Part shown: one piece after another, positions 59,746 through 64,000 of the stretch
Layout: every line of letters begins with the position of its first letter
Numbering within the stretch: position 1 is the stretch's first letter
Assembly: GCF_033153115.1 (NCBI RefSeq)
Contig: NW_026889759.1
Location: 6,324,001 to 6,388,000, forward strand
DNA: 64,000 bases
Reading direction: 5' to 3'
Source of the DNA: Saccostrea echinata
Lineage: Eukaryota
Position numbers and translations under genes: made by a program
Notes under the pieces: generated by a model
Told to the model about the DNA's origin: nothing
Databases searched by the model: none
Seen by the model: only the letters and a program-made list of their open reading frames with translations

Positions 59746-62050
59746 GAACACTTGGGACTTGGTCAAAATGTGACTTCAAGTGCATACATTGTTCAAAAAT
59801 TTATCAGGCTTATAAAATGTATTTTCAGGTAACTAATTTACAATATCCATTATTTACCAAGACTGTGTGGTATGTGAGAAAAAAGCGGAGGTGCACTCTT
59901 TGCAACCAAAAAAAAAAAAGTAAAGCAATATATTTTGCCCTCCACACCTCAGCATTTCATTTTGTCCCCTCCACAGGGAATTGAGACAATCTTAGCAAAA
60001 TCGGGTATATAGTATAATAGTAGGTAAACCTTTTTTGTGTAAGTACATTTATTTATTTATTACATTGGGTTGGAAATTCGTCTGCACATTTTACTCGTTT
60101 TAGCATGCCATGCATTCTTTCCCTTATAAGGGCTTGTTTAATTTGCACTGCATTAAAAATGAAATAAAATTCATTTTAAATTTATCTACAAGACTGATAT
60201 AAAAAAAAGCAGACAAGGGGGAATTAATTGCACAGTTTCTGAAATACCTTGCGATCTATCGCGGATACGTAGTTCACCACCGTCAGTCATAGCGCAGGAG
60301 TTATCTAACTTGTCTATTTTCGGAGTCCCTCTTATTTTTTCATGAATTTTGATTAGCTCGTTCCATAAAATATTCAATCAAATCGATTCCCCCACTGACT
60401 GCAAATAAAAATATTCAGTCAAATCGATTCCCCTACTGACTGCAAATAATACTCAGATTAATGATTAAGATAGAAGGGGGAGGGGAAATTTTTTTTATTT
60501 CAATACAAAAAAATCATAATTATATAATAACATTCCTCCCTCTACCTTACACATGTACATTAAAAGTTCAAACTAATTTATCATTAGATTTTGTTGTTTT
60601 TGAGAAAAAATAAAATCAATTCATTATATTGCAGTGCATAAATATCAAGAAATTCCAACATTTTATTTGTTTTGTTTTTTAAAGGATAAACGACGTTGGA
60701 GGGTTCGAATTTCACCCCTGGAACTTCACTAAAAGCATTAAATTTCTTTTTAATTAATTGTACATGTGTAATAGGGAATAGGGAAACAAACAATACTCAG
60801 TACATACTTAAGTTTTCCATGAAAAACTAGAGAAAAAAAAGAAGAAGAGAAAAATGAATACAATTCATTGACTTGAAATCTCACCAATGACTGGGTAATT
60901 CCTGCATAAATTGAATTACTTTTAGTTCAGTGGTGTTAATTTAGATTCTGGCCATAGGAAGCAATTTCACTTTGGGGTCATTGGACACAATTAATATTGA
61001 AGGTGCACATCCATCATTAAGTAGCATTGTTTTCTATTGTATAATATGTAATGGTAAAATTATTGGGGGGGGGGGGGGTCCCTCCCAGTATTCTATGGGC
61101 CTGAGATTTAAGGTTTCAGATATGTTAGATATGTGACCCTTATAAAGTAAGCTAAATAATTAAATCAAGGGGCTTACAACACCAATATCCATTTCAAAGG
61201 TTGATTGAGTCATTGAATAAAATAGGTTCAGGAAAATTTAATCTCTCTTTTTTGCCAAGTAATTCATTCTAGTCCTATCAATCTGTCCATTTTACTCATT
61301 ATTGCCAGCCACATGGTTATTCCATGGTTGAATTTCTTCAAGAATCCTTACACATACTTTTGGGCATAAATATACTAATACTATCTAACAGATACACCTA
61401 AGAAAAAGTGTATTAATATCTTATGGGTAATGACAAATACTACCTTTTTTCCAGCTAGGTATGCTTATTCAATGAACAAATATTATCCTTAAAAAAAAAA
61501 ACAACAAACAAACCAAAACTCACCATTCATAAAATTTAATAATAAGATTTTATATAACTTGTTAGTGTTCAACACTTATTTATGAAATAATTTTTTAATC
61601 ACTTTGGCTCAAAATATACATACAGTAATCTACTAACTAGAAAATACAGACCAATATCAAATTTTAAAAAATACACAAAGTTTACAAACATTAATATCAA
61701 GAAATAATTGAGGTATATCTATACATGGTTGGTCTTCTTAATACTTAAGTCATTTAACTGACACATTTTTGGGGGGTCTACTTAATACTTAAGTAATTTA
61801 ACTGACACATTTTTTTTTGGGGGGGGGGGGGTGTCTACTTAATACTTAAGTCATTTAACAGACACATTATCTATTAAATGTGACAAAATTGTGACACAAT
61901 GGACAAATTTGACATCAAATCATTATTTTCACTTTGATAAAATGAAATTTGAAACTTTTAGAAACCAACAAGGGCAAACTCTATGATGCTCAAATTCAAG
62001 GTGATCCTGAAACATAAATATATATATCACAATATTTAAATTTAATCCTA

Positions 62051-62255
62051 TTAGTCTGCCTTTAATTCTTCTTCCATTGCAGAGTACTGGGCCCTGAGTT
62101 CTGCCATCTTTAGTCCAATTGTTCTTGTTACTTCCTTTTTCTGATTTTCGTTTAATTCTTTCAGAAATTTTTCATACAGTTTAATCGTTTCAGCGACGGC
62201 CTTTGACGCCTCTTGCATGTCTTCTGAGAAGTACACAGTGTTCATGCTTTCCTGC
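62051..62255 (-). CDS. Last exon of a small conserved alpha-helical protein; the rest of the gene is probably beyond the window
   Basis: ttttacag/cag tandem acceptor, then ESMNTVYFSEDMQEASKAV...TIGLKMAELRAQ...; coding-like composition. The TVYF.ED and GLKM.EL pattern resembles an uncharacterised eukaryotic family. Confidence 0.6.
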
Positions 62256-62553
62256 TGTAAAAGTAGAAAAATAATAAGAAATGTTTTAAGAACACATATG
62301 CCCCTATATGGCATTATTGAAAAGAGTCATTTTAAATTTAGAATGTCCGAAATGATATTGGAAAATACGGATATCATCTTACTAACCTACTTGTTATGGG
62401 CAACATAATTTATAAGGCCAAAGTTTTTATTTTTTTTTGGTTTACGATTTTCTGTCTCAAAAAAATGCATTGGGTGGTCGAAAAATAAAAATAAAAATAA
62501 TTTAGGATTCAACAGTTTCATTTTAAAATACCAGCAATGTTTATTTTAATAAA

Positions 62554-63736
62554 AACTAGAAAACTGACCAGTCAGCAAGGGCCCCGCCAAGGGGTAGAAA
62601 TATAAGGGTGCAGCTTGGAGAATGATAATTTTAACTGATTACAAATATTTAAAAATACATAAAGAAGAATATGCAATAACAACTGTATTTATAAAATTTC
62701 AAGATAATTCCTAAATATCCAACAACCTGTAAAGAATATCCCTGTATTTACATAAGGCAGTAAAAAACATCATATCTATAATAACTCAATTAAATATATA
62801 TTTAAACAAGAATAAAGCATGTGTTTTATAAAATGCCAGCCTTCAGTGAATGCAAATATCACCCAGGCTTGACCTTAACTTCAAAACAAACATCAGTTGC
62901 AGACAAAGGTTAATTTATCTTAAAGTGACAAATAAAGATAAGCCTGGAAAATTTCTGCCCCAGACAAGAAAATTAATCCCTGGGGATTAACTGTACTGCT
63001 CTCTCATCCTTTTCTTCCAAGTTTACAATAAGAACTTTTTCAGTAATGATAGAATGAGTTTATTATCAGACTACCTGTTAATAGTATTCTTGAATTTACA
63101 TATGGCAGCAAAAAAAAAAAAAAAATAAATAAATAAAAAGAGAAAAAAAAACATATCTTGATGTATATCTTGTTTTTAGAATTCAATAAAATCATAACTC
63201 ATCATGTATTTTACCAAAATAAAGTATGAACATTATATAAATCCACATTTCAGAGAATGTAAACATCACTCAAAATTGACCTCAACTTCAAAACAAACTT
63301 CATTTGCAGACAGAGGTGTTAATTGATCTCAATTTGACAGAAACAGACAATGCTTTGGATTTTCTTCAAGAGGAAAGTTAATTAATCCCATGGGACTAGT
63401 TGCAGCTTTCATAGTTTACAATAGGAACATTCTCAGCAGTTATCTCTCTTTGTCCTGGCATTCATTCTAATGTAAATTTAAGGTATCAACCCCACCACCC
63501 CAGCTCCAAACTGGATGACACAGAGAACCAAACTTAGCATCAAAATATGTCTTACTGCCTCTTCAACCAACATACCAAATTTGAACTTAATTGGTCAACT
63601 ACCAAAAAAGTTACTAGAAAAAAAAAACAGAAAATTTGTGGATGGAAGAATGACAGACGGACAGACAGACAGACGGACAGACAGACAGACAGAGTGATTA
63701 CTATAGGGCACCCGCAAATCCTTGCGGGGCCCTAAT
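62554..63736 (+). mobile_element. HINE-like non-autonomous element
   Basis: Start aactagaaaactgacc...agggccccgc, two degenerate internal units, a (GACA/GACG)n tract and a terminal hairpin agggcacccgcaa..ttgcggggccct. Confidence 0.75.
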
Positions 63737-64000
63737 AATACACGTCAATAGTACTTTTAAGTTTTATTGTCTAGATCACATAACTCTTTTTATTTAATTT
63801 TGATTCATTTCTAACTTTAGACTGAATGTCATTTTCATTTACATATAGTTCTGATTTTTGTTTGTCAATCAGTGCATGGTTCATGATGTTCAACTTCTTT
63901 TTGTGCTCTTCAGTGATAAGTGATGTGTTATAAACCTCGGTATGCCCACAAACTAAAAATAAGGATCCAAATTTAAATCAATTTAGATTGAAGAAAAATA

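Overview
Eukaryotic, AT-rich animal genomic DNA, very probably a bivalve mollusc (oyster, Crassostrea/Magallana-like, inferred from the ~166-bp satellite-bearing Helentron-like elements and the intronless nAChR cluster). All recognisable genes are on the minus strand. (1) 0.3-27.1 kb: a head-to-tail cluster of seven single-ORF Cys-loop/nAChR-like subunit genes. None has the loop-C vicinal cysteines, and they differ at the M1-M2 selectivity filter; the last carries a ~30-aa basic insertion there. (2) 29.8-33.7 kb: a Fos/ATF3-like bZIP gene with 3 coding exons. (3) 35.2-39.4 kb: a ZDHHC4-like palmitoyltransferase with 5 coding exons. (4) 42.1-49.6 kb, the main finding: a tandem array of 11 full-length plus 1 truncated ~130-nt structured small-RNA genes of two sequence types (A, B) in a ~2.0-2.1-kb A1-A2-B higher-order unit. 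Each gene has an upstream TATA-like element and a T4-T5 terminator, which points to Pol III. A and B share a fold supported by compensatory changes: a 7-bp terminal stem, a 3x8 internal loop, an 11-bp stem, a conserved single-stranded core and a 16-bp hairpin. The architecture is Y RNA/sbRNA/vault-like, but I could not match it to a named family. (5) 52.0-59.7 kb: an ankyrin-repeat/SOCS-box gene with 9 coding exons. (6) 62.0-62.3 kb: the last exon of a small conserved helical protein. Interspersed are many non-autonomous DNA elements (Helentron/HINE-like, hAT-like MITEs, a deleted mariner), an RT fragment, a CCA-tailed tRNA-Gln remnant and a 170-N gap. All structures and splice sites were read by eye.
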